Assembly: GCA_023213395.1 (NCBI GenBank)
Contig: CM041465.1
Coordinates: 246,519,741 to 246,583,740, forward strand
Reading direction: 5' to 3'
Source of the DNA: Cycas panzhihuaensis
Taxonomy: Eukaryota > Plantae > Cycadophyta
Length of the DNA stretch: 64,000 nt
Positions 27,116-41,299 of this stretch are shown one piece after another; position 1 is the stretch's first letter, and every line of letters begins with the position of its first letter. The position numbers and the translations under genes were made by a program. The notes below the pieces were generated by a model. The model did not search any database, was not told where the DNA came from, and worked only from the letters and a program-made list of their open reading frames with translations.

Positions 27116-27445
27116 TATTAGAGTGTTATTAGAACCACTTATCGACTAATATAAAGTGGTGGAATATTGTATGGATAATGTTGATGTAATATTATAATAT
27201 TATGGGCTAACAGATGTAAACCTTATTAATTATATGAGGCACTTTCAATCTATAAATATAGATCAAAGTCTATTGTAATGTTACATGATAAATTTAAAAA
27301 AATATAATTATACTATTTCTATGGTGGGTTTTTCCCACAAGGTTTCCCACATCAAATATGTCTATCTTGTGTACATGTCCTATTTGAGTCTATTATATTC
27401 ATAAATGATTATGCATTATGTTTACATATTTGTTGTTCCCTGGCA
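27116..27445 (+). repeat. 5' LTR of E (330 bp)
   Basis: TATTAGAGTG...CCCTGGCA; aligns with 31072-31404. Confidence 0.92.
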
Positions 27446-28371
27446 TAGTATTAGAGCGGTAAGAGGTGCACAAGCAGACAAATGTTGGGCAAATCATTTG
27501 ATTATTTGTTGTTAGATCATGCTAGCTTACCCTTTGAGGATTAATTTATCTAACCACTGAAAGAATAGCCACAAAGATGTATTAACTACATGCAGATCCT
27601 GAAGCCTTCTATTATTTGTTTTACAAGGATTTTATGGTCTTCGAAAGTGTGTGGATACATAGAGGGTGTTGTTTTGATTTGTGCAGCTGCTAGTGCCTCC
27701 ATTTTCAAATCCGTAGCTCTAATTACTCATTTTCCAGTTGTTGATACCCATTTTAAACCTGTGAAAGTGCCAGATCTATTTTTGAAGATTGCCATTGATT
27801 TAAAGTAGAATTAAGGAGCATAGCCACCTATAGTGAATAAGTATGAGCTCATAGTTAGTTCATTGAGTTGTAAGTGTGTTTTAAGATTGCCATGCAAAGA
27901 TCCAAATACATTCCAATGAAGGGAGTCATTAAAAATAATCTCAAGCTATGGACAAAGTAGCGTGGAGACAATATTTATAGAATCATTGAAGCGCAAGTCA
28001 CAGTTATGAGAGTCAAATGATTGTAGACCTGTATTTATTTATGGAACTATTAAGTTGACAAAGAAGCTAAAAAGCATAAGGTAATCAATATATATTTCTT
28101 TACTCAGTTCAATTTAATCTACATGATCTATTTTTAATCACATATATATATTTGACAACCATCCATATAAATTTGTTTGCTGCATCTATTTTCAATCTCT
28201 CGCTATTTTATTTAATCGAAGATAATATTATCATCATTATTTCTAAACTCACATTGGATTTAATATTGGTCGCCTATTTTTTAAATTTATTAGTTAATAT
28301 TTTCCATCACCAAAATGATTTAATCGTAATTGCCTATTTAATAATTTCACTTGTGAGATGATATATTCATT

Positions 28372-28513
<142 letters not shown>

Positions 28514-31071
28514 ATCACTTTTAATTAATTTATTACCATCGTCCATATTTATAAAGTCACGCTAATGAATTTTGATCACCTATGAAATTAACATGGAATA
28601 ATTTCATTACTAATTTAATATTAGTTCACCATTGATAATATGTTGAAGTCACCCTTTTTTTATATATTTTTTGATATATATAGTCGTAATGATATATTAT
28701 AGCATCACCTCACCTTTTATTAAGGTATTTCGCCATAGTTTGATTTATAATAATTACCATTTAATTAATATTTTCAAAGGTACTTTGATTAAAGTTTATG
28801 TTAATTGTCATATATTAGTATAATAATTATTTGTGTCATATTCGATATGATGTGAATGAGTTTGAATTGTCTTTGATGGTTATCATTGTGTTATACTACA
28901 TAAGGTTAAGTTGCCTTTTCATTGAGTGTAATTAGACTCTTTGATCAAGTGGGCATATTCTTGAGATCAAGTGATGTCCGACTCAATTTTTCAATGCATT
29001 CTTTTTTGGCAATACTAGTGATTATTACTTAGTGTATTTCTCATCAATACAAGGGGCATGTTTTGGTGATGATATATGCATGAGTTTGCAGAGGTATATA
29101 TGAGGAAATGTTTTAGCGAAATGAGAGTATTAGGCACTCTATTGGTGATGTATTTTATGATTCATTAGCGATATGAGGCAATGTGATATGCTCTCTTACA
29201 TATGATTACACAAGGGAGTTTGATAGGAGAGTTATCAAGGCAATGAATTATAACAGGGCGAGATTGATGGGCAAAGGCATAGTGGGTGTGATTGTTGGGT
29301 GAGTTAGCTATCAATGTTAGTGTGTGTTTATTGATTGAGAGAAGGGTAAGAAGGGCATGATGTATGGAGATGTCGAGTTGTAGGGAAGATCAAACTTTAT
29401 TTGTGGTAATGGATCATTACACATTCATTATAAAACTATGATTTATTTATTATATAGTGGCATTTTATTCAATATATGTCAATGTTTTTACATCAAATAA
29501 GTGAGGTAAAGAAGTTCAAAATTACTATTTATTGGCCTATTTGTATAAGTGGTTATCAGTTTGTAGTGGACCATTATACTTTGGGTGGTTAAATTGATGT
29601 TAACATGAGGTATATAGCTTGTCAAATGCTGGTTTAATATGTATGCATATCTAAACAAGCCTGATGTAGATTTACTAGTGTGTTTATGTGAAAATTTAAG
29701 TGTGAATAGAAACGTGTATAACAAGATACCTTAAAATCAATTCTTCTTTTGTCATGGTATAAATTATGACTTGGTTATCTCATGTACCCCTCGTAGATTG
29801 TGTTGTAGATAAAGAATAGCACCATGATATAGATGGAGAGGTGTTTAGTGCATTATAAGAGTTTACCTCTCATATTTTATGACAAAAGTTATTACAATAG
29901 TTGTTTTATAGGTATCTTATTGAGGTTATTCGTGGTATATCCCCTGTTATATGTTAGATTGGTCAAAAACCTTCAATTAGATATTGAGGTGCATTAAAGT
30001 ATACACATATTAAATTTAGATTGTAGCCATGAAATCATAAGAGTTTAAAGTGTATAGGGTTTAAAACAAAGCTTATAAATAGTGTGATCTAAATAGAAAT
30101 CATTGTAATTAGTCTAGATGTCAAACTAAAGAGTTATTGATGTATCATACTAAGTGTCATCTGAAAGCAAGCTTTATCCTTCATTTCTTCACTTTTTGAG
30201 TTGTGGTTCAGTAAGTGTAGAGGTTTGTTACCTAGCATTATATTTGAGATGGAAGTAGGACCTAGTAGGAGTGATAATAAGGAGCTATTGCAAGAAGAAA
30301 TATAGATTGTAACACGTGTTTTATTATGAGCTAGGAGGACCATTAAGGACTCTAGTGTGATAGTTGAAGACCTAGAGGATGATTGAAGAATAAGGATTAG
30401 AATGTTAATTAGACTCATAATAGAAACCAACATTTCGGTGAGTGGGTTTTCATAATGGAGAGTTGCATTGGAGGAGTAATATATGTGGAATTTTGGTCCC
30501 TTACCTCCCTCATAGAACCTAGTCAATTTATAAGTTTACAAAGCTTATTTTGTAGGATTATAGAAAGATGAAATCAGATATGAGGATACATTTGCACTAG
30601 TCTCTATGTTGTTAATGATCCAATTGATCCTTACTTTAGTAATTTCATATAGTTGGAAGTCACATTATTTAATTAATATGTTAGTATTCCTTAACAGAGA
30701 TTTGAAGAGGAGATTTATGTAACTTAAGTAGCTTAACCTCTTAGTTTAGTCAAGGAAAATGGTTGAGGTTTATGGACTAATTATTAATGTGAGAGGAGTT
30801 GTATGGTTACAAGGACTATTAGAGATATTTCTAAAGAAAAATGCACATAAGAGGCATAGCACCATTACATCTAAAAGTAGATAAAATTAGGGAAGATGTA
30901 TATTGAAGTGTATCCAAGTGAAGATCATCTTGAGGACATGTTCACCAAGCTCTTATTGAAGATCACTATATTAATGTTTATGCATATTTGGGATTTAGTG
31001 AGGTTATCCTTAAGAGGAGATCTATTGATAAGGATAAGACTTCAAGACCCCACATTTACATTAAGACAGGA

Positions 31072-31404
31072 TGTTAGAGTGGTATTATAACCACTTACCA
31101 ACTAATGTAAAGTGTTAAAATATTATACAAATAATGTTGATGTAATATTATAATATTATGGGTTGAGTGATATAAACCCTAATATTAATTATGTGAAGTG
31201 CTTTTAATCTATAAATATAGATCAAAGTCCATCATAATGTAATATGATAGATTTACAAAAATATAATTATATTATTTCTGTGGTGGATTTTTCTCGCAAG
31301 GGTCCCCATGTCAAATATGTCTATCCTATGTGCATGTTCTATTCAATTCTATTGTGTTCATAAATGATTCTATATTTTGTTTGTATATTTAGTGTTCCCT
31401 AGCA
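31072..31404 (+). repeat. 3' LTR of E (333 bp)
   Basis: TGTTAGAGTG...CCCTAGCA. Confidence 0.92.
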
Positions 31405-33555
31405 TTGCCTATAATGGAATAAATGGGATGGTTTTAACTCATTTTATAAATTACTCCATAGTTGTGAGGATGAGTTATACCCCACTAACAAAGTAAGAGT
31501 GATGATGCCAATGGGTCCAAATCCCACTCGGAGAAAGGCCAAGGTAAGACTACAATCCTTAAAAAAATTGTAGGTTGATGGATGATTTTAACATGTTGTT
31601 TACATTTCTTACATTTTAAAATATAAGCATAAACAACTTTGAAAAGTGTCAATCAATAATAACCTATGTATAACAAGTATTATTCTATACAATTAGGTCT
31701 AAAATGACCTCCACAAACACCAATGTTACATTTGTGTAAGGTTATCTCAGCTTCTAATGGATCAAGAAATCGTAAGAGAATTCCATCAAATGAACATTTA
31801 TAAAGAATACCATTCATAAGAACATATTCATGAACTGTTACTTTGATCCTACATTATTGTTTATGAGTTACATTTTTGGAGAAATCTTAATTCTATAAGT
31901 AGCAAATGATATCTTGGTTCTAATCACTAACTTGAGAAATATTGATATGGAACAAATATTCATCGAGAAAAGAGTCATTAATAAGATGGTGATCATATAG
32001 AGGTATGCTAACTAACTACTCAACTAATACCATTCCAATTTTAGACTTGTGATTTACCATCACTAAGTCCAATTCTTATAAGAGAAAAGCCCATTTACCT
32101 AACCATTTGGTTAAATCCAAATATGTGAATAAGTATCAGAGAAGGTCAATCTTGACCATAATATATAGTGTTACCAAGAAAGTAATGCCTTAGTTTCTTA
32201 GTTATAAAGATCAAGGCTAAGCAACTTTTCTTAACCTAAGTATAGTTAATCTCAATTATCACCAAGGTTTAACTAATGAAATAGATGATCATTTCATCAC
32301 CTAAATCATCCTTCTAAGGGAGAATTCCCCTTAGCAAAGTTTCAATGGAAAATGTATAAAGTAGAAATGGTTAATCAAATCATAGTGGGACTAAGAGAGG
32401 CGTCGATCTTAAGACTTGTTTTAGTTGATCAAAAACTTATTGAACTTTTGAGGTCCATATAAATGGTGTATTCCTCTCAAGTAAATCATTGACAGGGCAT
32501 GTTATAAAAGTAAAGTCCTTAAGAAATCATTATAGAAATTCAAGGCGTACACGAAATATCATGATTTGATTTTATATTTTTAGAGATGACATCTCTCAAA
32601 TGGCTTTTATCTTTTGAGGATCAAGTCAAATTCCATCATGAGAAATGATAAGACCTAAGAGTTTATATTTTATAATAACAAAGACACACTTAGTTGTATT
32701 AAGATGAATATAACACTTGTACAAATGAGCAAATATCATATGAAGATAAAAAATATGATCATATTGTCAACATTAAAGGCCTAATATGTCATCAATATAA
32801 ATCTCAATGATTTTATTAATAACAACATAGAATGCATACTACATTACTCATTAGTGGGTAGCACCTGCATTCCTTAAACTAAAAGGCATCACTTTCTAAT
32901 AGAATATACCCCATGGTATAATGAGCATTGTTTTATGATGATCAGATTAAGAAATCTAAATTTAGTTATAGCCAGAGAACCTATCCATAAGGGACATGAT
33001 TTTAAAGCTAGATGCTTTATCAATAATTTACTTGATGAATGGTAAAAGAAAGTTATTCCAAGGATAAACTTTATTGATACTTCTAAAGTCAACATAGATA
33101 TCAATTAAACCATTTTTGTTGATGATAGGTATGATGCTAGACAACCATTTCAGATAGTTTATGGTCTTAATAAATCCAATATGGAGTAACTTTTTTATCT
33201 TAAATTTAATTATAGATGAAAGTTTTAAATGAATGGGTCACTACTTTTAATGGTATAAACATGCATTGGGATAAGTAGTGATGTTATGGATGATAATACT
33301 CAAGTTAATACTAAGAATATTAATGTATCCCCAAGCATAAATATCTAAAAATTCTTTGAATAACTTAGTGTATTGAGCAACTTTTAAGGGGTATATTTGG
33401 CATCAACCTTAATAATATGAAGACTATCCTTTGTTAAAAGCTTGATATTAAGTTTACCTCCAAAGTGCATGGGGTTTCCTTCTTCAAAATGAGAGTGTTC
33501 ATCATCAATTAGAATGGATGACCTTTCTATGGAATAATTATTGATAAAAAGAGAG

Positions 33556-33974
33556 TATTAGAGTCAATCATCATCACTCCACTCCTACCTTTCTAACTAG
33601 GATTGTATACCTCATCAACTTCAATTTAGACATGTGATGCTCAACATGTCGAGATAAGTTAAGGTAAGTTTAACTTTTATTTATGTTAAGTTGAGTTGGT
33701 TTCATTTGAGTTAAGTTAACATTATTTTATTATTATTTTGAATTCAGGGGTTAAAGAGTTTCCCTTCTCCCCCAAATTATAAATATTGAGGGGTGTGCAA
33801 CCCTGGTGTCTTTAGACACTGCCCTTATTTGGAAAATTTATAACTCTCTTCACTATAATGGAATGACTACAATAGATTTTTAATTTATGCTACATTGATG
33901 TATTGTAATATTGATCTATGTGATTCTTTATTCTATGTTATGCCATGTTCTTCTGTAAATATATTTTTCCTACA
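33556..33974 (+). repeat. 5' LTR of A
   Basis: TATTAGAGTC...TTCCTACA; 10 substitutions, all transitions, versus the 3' LTR in the first ~108 bp. Confidence 0.96.
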
Positions 33975-35626
33975 TTTGGTATCAGAGCAGATGGTTGCTG
34001 ATCTGTGAAGTTTTTTGTAAAGAAGAAGGAAGGTTATTGGTATTTTGAGGCAGATTTGCTCATAGTAACAAATATTCAGTTATATTCATTTTTCTTCAAG
34101 TTTTTTAGCAAGTTTTGATCATTATTGAGTTATATTAGTGATATAATAAATATTTTTCAAGTTTATTTTCAGATTTGTGCAAATCTACGCAGGATTTTAG
34201 TAGCAAGCCATATCTGCTCAAGTTTTTTCTCAGATTTGAGCCATATTTCTTTAGTTCTACACATTTTATCTTACATTTCATCATTATTTCAGCAACAAGC
34301 AATATTTTATTCAAAGTTTTCTCATACTTGAGTTATATTTTTTTTTAGATCTACAGTTTTTATCAAATATTTAACAATCTTTTAAATTTATTTGTCTATT
34401 TTATCTAATATTTTTCACAGATCTGCAAAGGAGATCAGTTGCATGCAAGATTTATACGGTTTTTCTTTAAGATCTATAATTTTTACTTCAAATCTATATT
34501 CTTTAATATATATTTGACAATTGTTTCAAGTTTTCTTTTCAGATCTACAATATTTTGGTGTATATTCAGCCTAAAAAGCCTCTTGGAGAAGTTATATTAC
34601 AGCTTTTATTATCTATTTCACTATTTTATTTAGATCTTGGGCAGCTACAGTGCATCTACAAAACATTAGTTTGATTATTCATATTTAAATCTTAAACTTT
34701 ATATTCTATAAAGTTTATTTATTTAAATTTTTTCATATTATTTCGTATTTTTACATTTTCTATTTTTCTATTTTTTGGGCGATTTGATCACTTGCTTTGG
34801 CAAACTTATGCAACAGATCTGCCACTTAAAACCCTAGCAAGTGACCACTCATTGTGATCCTCACGAGCCAAAGAATCCAGTTGAAAGAGATTTGCCATTT
34901 ATTTCGTTGATCAGATAGTAAGAAATTTCATCTGGATCAACTGCTACTCTGGTTTGGCCTCTATTCGATTTGCAAGATCGTTCTCAGTGCAGAAATAATG
35001 CATTGTTGTAAAATTTTACCAGTGCCTGGCCATCCAAAACACCCTACTACTTGTAAAATCTTGTCTTATTTGGTGGCCTGTACAGGGAAATCCAGCCTCC
35101 AAAGCGACTAAAACCCTAGTTTACTAAGTTTTTTCATCATTTGCTCACTATTTTTTTGAAATATTTTTAAATTTTCTTTATTATATCTATATCTTCCTAC
35201 TTGGATGCCTCTCTGTAAGTCAATTTCACTCAGATCTAAACTCTGTTCATGTATGTTTCTCTCTATTTTCTCTACGTGGCCGCGATTCCATTTTTTTTAC
35301 ATAATACATATATATGTATTTTTTATCATTTTTGAACACTTTTTAGCCATGATTTATCTGAAGATCTCTATTAAGGGTTGATACGTCTCCTTATATGTCT
35401 GAATCGATCATTTTATATCAATTTTTGCCCCATATTTCACCGTGCAGCCGCGCGACTATTACGTTTCATTTTTGTGTTTTATTTTTCATAAAGTTTAAAA
35501 AATTAAAACTTATTGCATAATATTTAAAATTCAGAGTTTAAAAAGGCTTAAGCCCCTTCTCTATCAACCTCCAGTCACAAAACACTTCCATATGACCATT
35601 AGCAAGGGGCTAACATAAGTTTTAGC

Positions 35627-35657
<31 letters not shown>

Positions 35658-36935
35658 ACATAAGGTTACTGGCTTTTTTTGCCATAACTTCTCATTAGCT
35701 CATCAGTTTCTGACGAAACTAGTTTTATTGGGTCAAAGATTTTCTATAGATAAATTTTGACTAGTTATATGACCAATTTGGTACTAATTTGACCCCGTTT
35801 CAGTCAATTTAAAGTTAATCAGTCCTTTTTTCAGCCTTTTTTAAACTTTTTACAAAATTAGTTTTGGAACTGATTATATTTTGTCACCAGAAAACTATTT
35901 TCTACCCAAATTTATTTTAAAGTGATCTAAATTTAACAAACTTCATTATTCACCTTTTATTTTATTTTTTAGAATTCATTTTGACCACTATTTTTATCAT
36001 CGAAAGTAGCATTTTAGTGGTTTTTAGCATCTTGCTTAACATTTTACCATAAAGGTACTTGTTACTATTTCTATAATAACTTTTTTGTTTGACATCTAAA
36101 TTTAGTTTTGTTAGTTTTTTTGGGAAGCTGACTCAATTCTCTTTGATCTAATATAGTTTTTTATACTTTTTAATGTATTTTTATTAATTTTTAAATCATT
36201 CAAATTAGAGGTACTTTATTACTTTAAACCTACCATTTTTTACATATTTTTATCTATATTTCTCAAAAAATTTTAGCTAAAAGTATATTGAGAAGTCTTC
36301 TAAATAATATTTAATCATTTCTCAGTATTTTATAAAGTTTTATTAGTATTTTTATACAATTTTGAGCCACAGCTTCTGTTAAGCCTCAAAACGATGCCTA
36401 TTCCTTTGATTTATCAAAACTTGACTTATAGGAACCCGTTTTCAAAACAGTTAGTTCTGTTGGATTTATATTTTGTTTATCTTAATACTCATAAAGTTTT
36501 ACGTCATTATGATATCATTTAGTATATTTTTTAAGCTGTCAAACTTAAGGTTATCCTCTAACCCTTCTTTTAAAAAGTTTCTTCATACTCCTTATCTTTC
36601 AAAGTAAAATATATATATATTTTAGTTTTTTGAGCATTATATATTATCATCAAGGCTAAGGATTTATTGTATTAAGAATTTACATTTATTCATTTGAAGA
36701 AAATCTAAAGGTTAAGGTCTTACTTCAAATTTTTAGCGTCAAAAGGATATTGGTATATGATTTCAAAGTTACTTCTACATTCATTATTTACTTATTACAT
36801 TTAGTTCATTTATTTTCAAAAGGTATTACATTTCTTTTGAAGAGTATATTTGACATCATACAAGTTTAGTCACTTATTGACTTTATTTGATTTGATAAAA
36901 GCATACTTTATATGTTCTAAAGTTTTTTTTATAAC

Positions 36936-37683
36936 ATGGCACAATTACCTATATTTAATGGGCAAAATTTTTTAAAATGGTACAAGGTTATGAAAAACTA
37001 TTTTAGTGCACATGATTTATGGAAATATTTACAAGATGACTATGATATTAGTATTAAGGAGAACATTAGAAAGGATGATGAAGTATTAGCATTATTATTT
37101 TATACTATTTGTGATGACGTTTTTTCAAATATTTATGAATTAACAACCTCCAAACCTATTTGGGATATTTTAATTTCCACTTATGGGGGAGATACCATTC
37201 TTGTATTTGATGATATTTTTGTTGAGCATGTGAGACAGGTGACAAAACAGGTGGATCATGATGACAACACCCATGAAGATTCAAATCAAATATAGGACCA
37301 ACTTACTACACAAGTACCTAATCCTCCATTTGAGGGGGAGAATGAATCTTATGACATGATGAAGAATGAATCTGATATGACAAAAAATGAATCTTATGAT
37401 ATGACAATTGTTGACATTATACAGATTACAAAACATAAAGTTTAAATTCAAATTTTTCTCAATGTTCTAGTTAACAAAGCCAAAGTTGCATCTATACATA
37501 CATACTTGAATCAAGCATCATCTACTTACAGTTTTTTTGTATCATTCCTTGGTAAAGAGATATATTTTACAAGAAGGTTAAAGTATATTAATGAAGATCA
37601 AAATTTTAAAGTTTTTTTCAAGTATAAGTTCCATAACTTCAAGGAAAAGATACAAGTGTTTGTGATAATATTAAGGGGGAGAA
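36936..37683 (+). pseudogene. gag: Mini-gag ORF of A: copia Gag N-terminus, acidic linker and Pol-tail-like end, with two in-frame stops
   Basis: ORFs 36936-37295 and 37506-37757 share a frame. PIFNGQNF..W...MKNYF...DLW and DDVFS.I....TSK.IWD.L...YGG match DUF4219/Retrotran_gag_2-type motifs. Confidence 0.85.
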
Positions 37684-38099
37684 TGTTGGAGTTAATCATC
37701 ATCACTCCACTCCCACCTTTCCAACCAAGATTGTATACCTCATCAACTTCAATTTAGACGTGATGCTTAACATATCGAGGTAAGTTAAGGTAAGTTTAAC
37801 TTTGATTTATGTTAAGTTGAGTTAGTTTCATTTGAGTTAAGTTAACATTATTTTATTATTATTTTAAATTCAGGGGTTGAGGAGTTTCCCTCCTCTCCCA
37901 AATTATAAATATTGAGGGGTGTGCAACTCTAGTGTCTCTAGACACTACCCTTATTTGGGAAATTTGTAACTCTCTTCACTATAATAGAATGACTACAATA
38001 GATTTTCAGTTTATGCTACATTGATATATTACAATATTGATCTATGTAATTCTTTGTACATGTTCTACCATGTTCTCCTGCAAATATATTTTTCCTACA
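37684..38099 (+). repeat. 3' LTR of A
   Basis: TGTTGGAGTT...TTCCTACA. Confidence 0.96.
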
Positions 38100-38835
38100 G
38101 AGAGAAAGAGGAATAATTAGACTTCTAAAAACTTAACTTGTAGTGATCAGTTAGAAGACCATTATAAGGACTAGTCATAAATTCAATGATTGCATCATCT
38201 TTTTGAAATAGTCCAAGTCAAAAATACAAATCAGTGATCATGGAGAAGACTTAATTGGTTTTGGAAAATCATCATAGTTGAAGCTCCTTAATAATGTAAG
38301 ATGTTGAATGGAATGATCATTAAGAGTTGAAACATGAAGAGGCTCTAACTGATGAGATGCTAATTTGCAATCATTTGGAGGGGAGTCAATCAATATATCT
38401 TCATCAATAAAGGAATCAAGATCAAAATCCCAAATAGAATAAAGAGTTAAAGGAACTTCACAAATTTAGTCAAATTTACAGGCTTCATATTATAAAAAGT
38501 TGACTAATTAAAAAGGAAGTTCAACAAGATCATCCTTTCTTTTAAATTCAATTATAGATAAGACTCCATAAGAGTCAAACCTTAAAGGAATGAGCTTAGG
38601 CAATTATTATTAATCCTTATCAAGGACTTTATAAATACATTTAGTGAAAGCTAGAAATAATTATATGTTTAACAATACAAACTTTCCCTTCATGGAGGTA
38701 TTAAGTTCTCCAAAGAGTGAAGAGTAAACTACTTATATTTAATTGATCTAGGGATGGCCCAATAATAAGATATAATCTAAATCTTTGGTTAATTAGGGTG
38801 GTCTCACTATTAATAATTTTATCTTTCATAGAGAT

Positions 38836-39121
38836 TATTAGAATAGTGTCCCATATTTGGGCTTGTATCTACCTTGGGTTTCTTACCTGCATTGGGGTGA
38901 TAACATAGATTGGCAGAGATATTATAGGGATAACATATCAAGCATTTATCAATGTCAATCAATATTAGACTTTGAAGGGTGTGTCAAATCTCTCTAAGTT
39001 CTACTTATTTATTCATGGGGTCTGACAACCTTAGTATTCATCAACACCACCATCCTCATAGATTGATAGTTCTCCCTTTCTTACATTGTTATTATGTTCT
39101 TTTTATCCCCTGATTCTATCA
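38836..39121 (+). repeat. 5' LTR of G (286 bp)
   Basis: TATTAGAATA...TTCTATCA; aligns with 50655-50939. Confidence 0.92.
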
Positions 39122-41299
39122 TTTCTTATCAAAGTCATCAGCCCTATTTACAGAGCCATCATTTAGGCATCCAAAGTTATCGTTTAGAGAATTATCTATA
39201 TTTGGATAAGCTAGCTATGGTGGAGCATGTGAGGAGGATCTCTACTCCTATTTAGTATCTTCCCTTACTTTAGAAAATCTCAATCTTTGTTGTATTTATT
39301 TTATCCTTGAAAAGTATCCCTCCTAATAATTTTATATTTTGAATACATCATGTTTGTAGGATCAATTTGCATTTGAACCATATTTGATATATGCTTATGT
39401 AATGAGCAAAATATCTTTGTACATATACATTTGCACTTATCTATGCAGTGATATCTAAGTACTTATTTTATTGTGATTGAGTATTAAATCTATTTGGCCT
39501 TATCTCTGGTAGTGCCTTATGGTAAAAAAGCCCTCCAAAACTAATTGTTATTATGCATTAATATTAGTAGAGTATTTAGCATCCTCTTTTATTACAAGTA
39601 GGGCTTATATATGTTTTGGCTAGCAATATTAACTGGTTATGATAAAATGTTTGTCATTGCATTTGTGTATTACATGTTGTGAACCTCACAAAGTTAAGCA
39701 CTATCCCATAGGATATTACATGCTTGCTTATATATATTCAAAGTTGAACATTACCATTCCATCCTTGTCTATTTATTATAGTCTATCTTTCATTATCTAT
39801 CTTTCATTTGCCCAGTGTGTCTATTATAAAGATGGAAGTACATCGTGCCTAAGCATCTCATAGTCTCATTATAGACCTGCATAATAGATGGGTCTAAGCC
39901 CCATGTCTCCACATTGTATTGGTATTCTATAAACTCTAAAATTATGTTATGATCACTCTTTATTTGTAGATTTCCCAATATTTATAAACCTCATTTACGG
40001 TTGTACAAATGTTAACCAAAGAAGTCAATATTTGTGCATCTCTCTTTTAACTCTCATTATCAATGCTTACATATCTTATAAAATGTTTGTGCCCCTTCTT
40101 TCTCTATATGGTCTGCATCATTACTCGAACAACAAATGTGTCATGATTATATATTACTCTTTCTCTATACAAGATCATAATGTAATACTTATATTAATCA
40201 TTAAGTATTCACTCATCTGAGTCAACTCTATATGCATCAATTCAAAGGCAGTAAGTGATTATTTTTATGTAATAATGTCATATTGCATTGAGGTAATATA
40301 TATTTATTAAGAATTTATATATTTACAAAGTGTTGTATCTTTGCCTTCATAATCAACTACTTTGGAATCATTCTCAACCAACATTATCACTACAGTTGGT
40401 TTGTTTTATTGATGAGACTCTTCTTTCACAACTAAGTTTGATTGGTATAGTGATTAGTAGTATTATATCACAAGAGTATTTGGTATCCAAATCATGAAGT
40501 TTGCCTATGTTTGATGATATTATATTGATTGGTGCTCTAGTTTTTCTTATATTCCATAGGCCACTAAGCTCCTCCATCTTGTAGGCCTCCTGTCTTATAG
40601 CTTATAGGTCACATTACAAAGAAAAGTGACTAACATTTTATTATTTTAAAGGAGCTAATTTAATTTCCAAAAGGTTGATTCAAAATAAGTACTTATTTCT
40701 GCTTCAGTAGCAATATCGATCACTAATAGAGCTTCAAGGCATTCCACACATCCACTCGAATGAAACTAGTGGTCACATGACCGTGTTTAATCTTCATTTG
40801 ATATATTTTTTAATGGTTAAAAATTGATGAAAATTTTCTTCGAGCTTTATGCACTAAAGGGTTATTTTCCCTTTTGACCTCCTTGTATATTTTAATGTAT
40901 AACTTGGTCATTTTAAGTCATAATTGAGTGTCATTTAAGATGTTGAATTTCTATTTTAGTCCTCTATTGAGTGGATAATATTTCAAGATTTTTGAACTCA
41001 TTTGATATAACATTTTAATGACCAAAGTTAATGTTAGTTTTAGGCTTCCTCTGTGATGATCCTTGAATAATCTAGTAAAATTTTAGTTTATAAACATCAT
41101 TAATGTAAAACACTTACTTTAGAGGAGGATAAGTTCTATTTGGGACACTTCTACGAGTCCCAAAGTTGAAGTGGGATAAGCATTGCTTGCTTTGAATACC
41201 TTTATTGCCTTCTTTAAGTGTTTTTTTAATATTTTCTTTCAAGCACTTTACTTTCTCAAGTAGTTATTTTAAGGTAATTTTTTCTCATTATAACATCAA

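Larger units (their letters stand above)
33556..38099 (+). mobile_element. Element A: complete non-autonomous LTR retrotransposon (4544 bp, TR-GAG-like) with a ~2.9 kb non-coding leader and a mini-gag ORF
   Basis: LTRs at 33556-33974 and 37684-38099, perfect TSD GAGAG (33551-33555 / 38100-38104), perfect Met-i PBS TGGTATCAGAGC (33977-33988), PPT AAGGGGGAGAA (37673-37683). No PR/INT/RT motifs found. Confidence 0.95.

Noticed and set aside
37506-37757. Separate gene
   Set aside because: It is the in-frame continuation of the A mini-gag ORF running into the 3' LTR.
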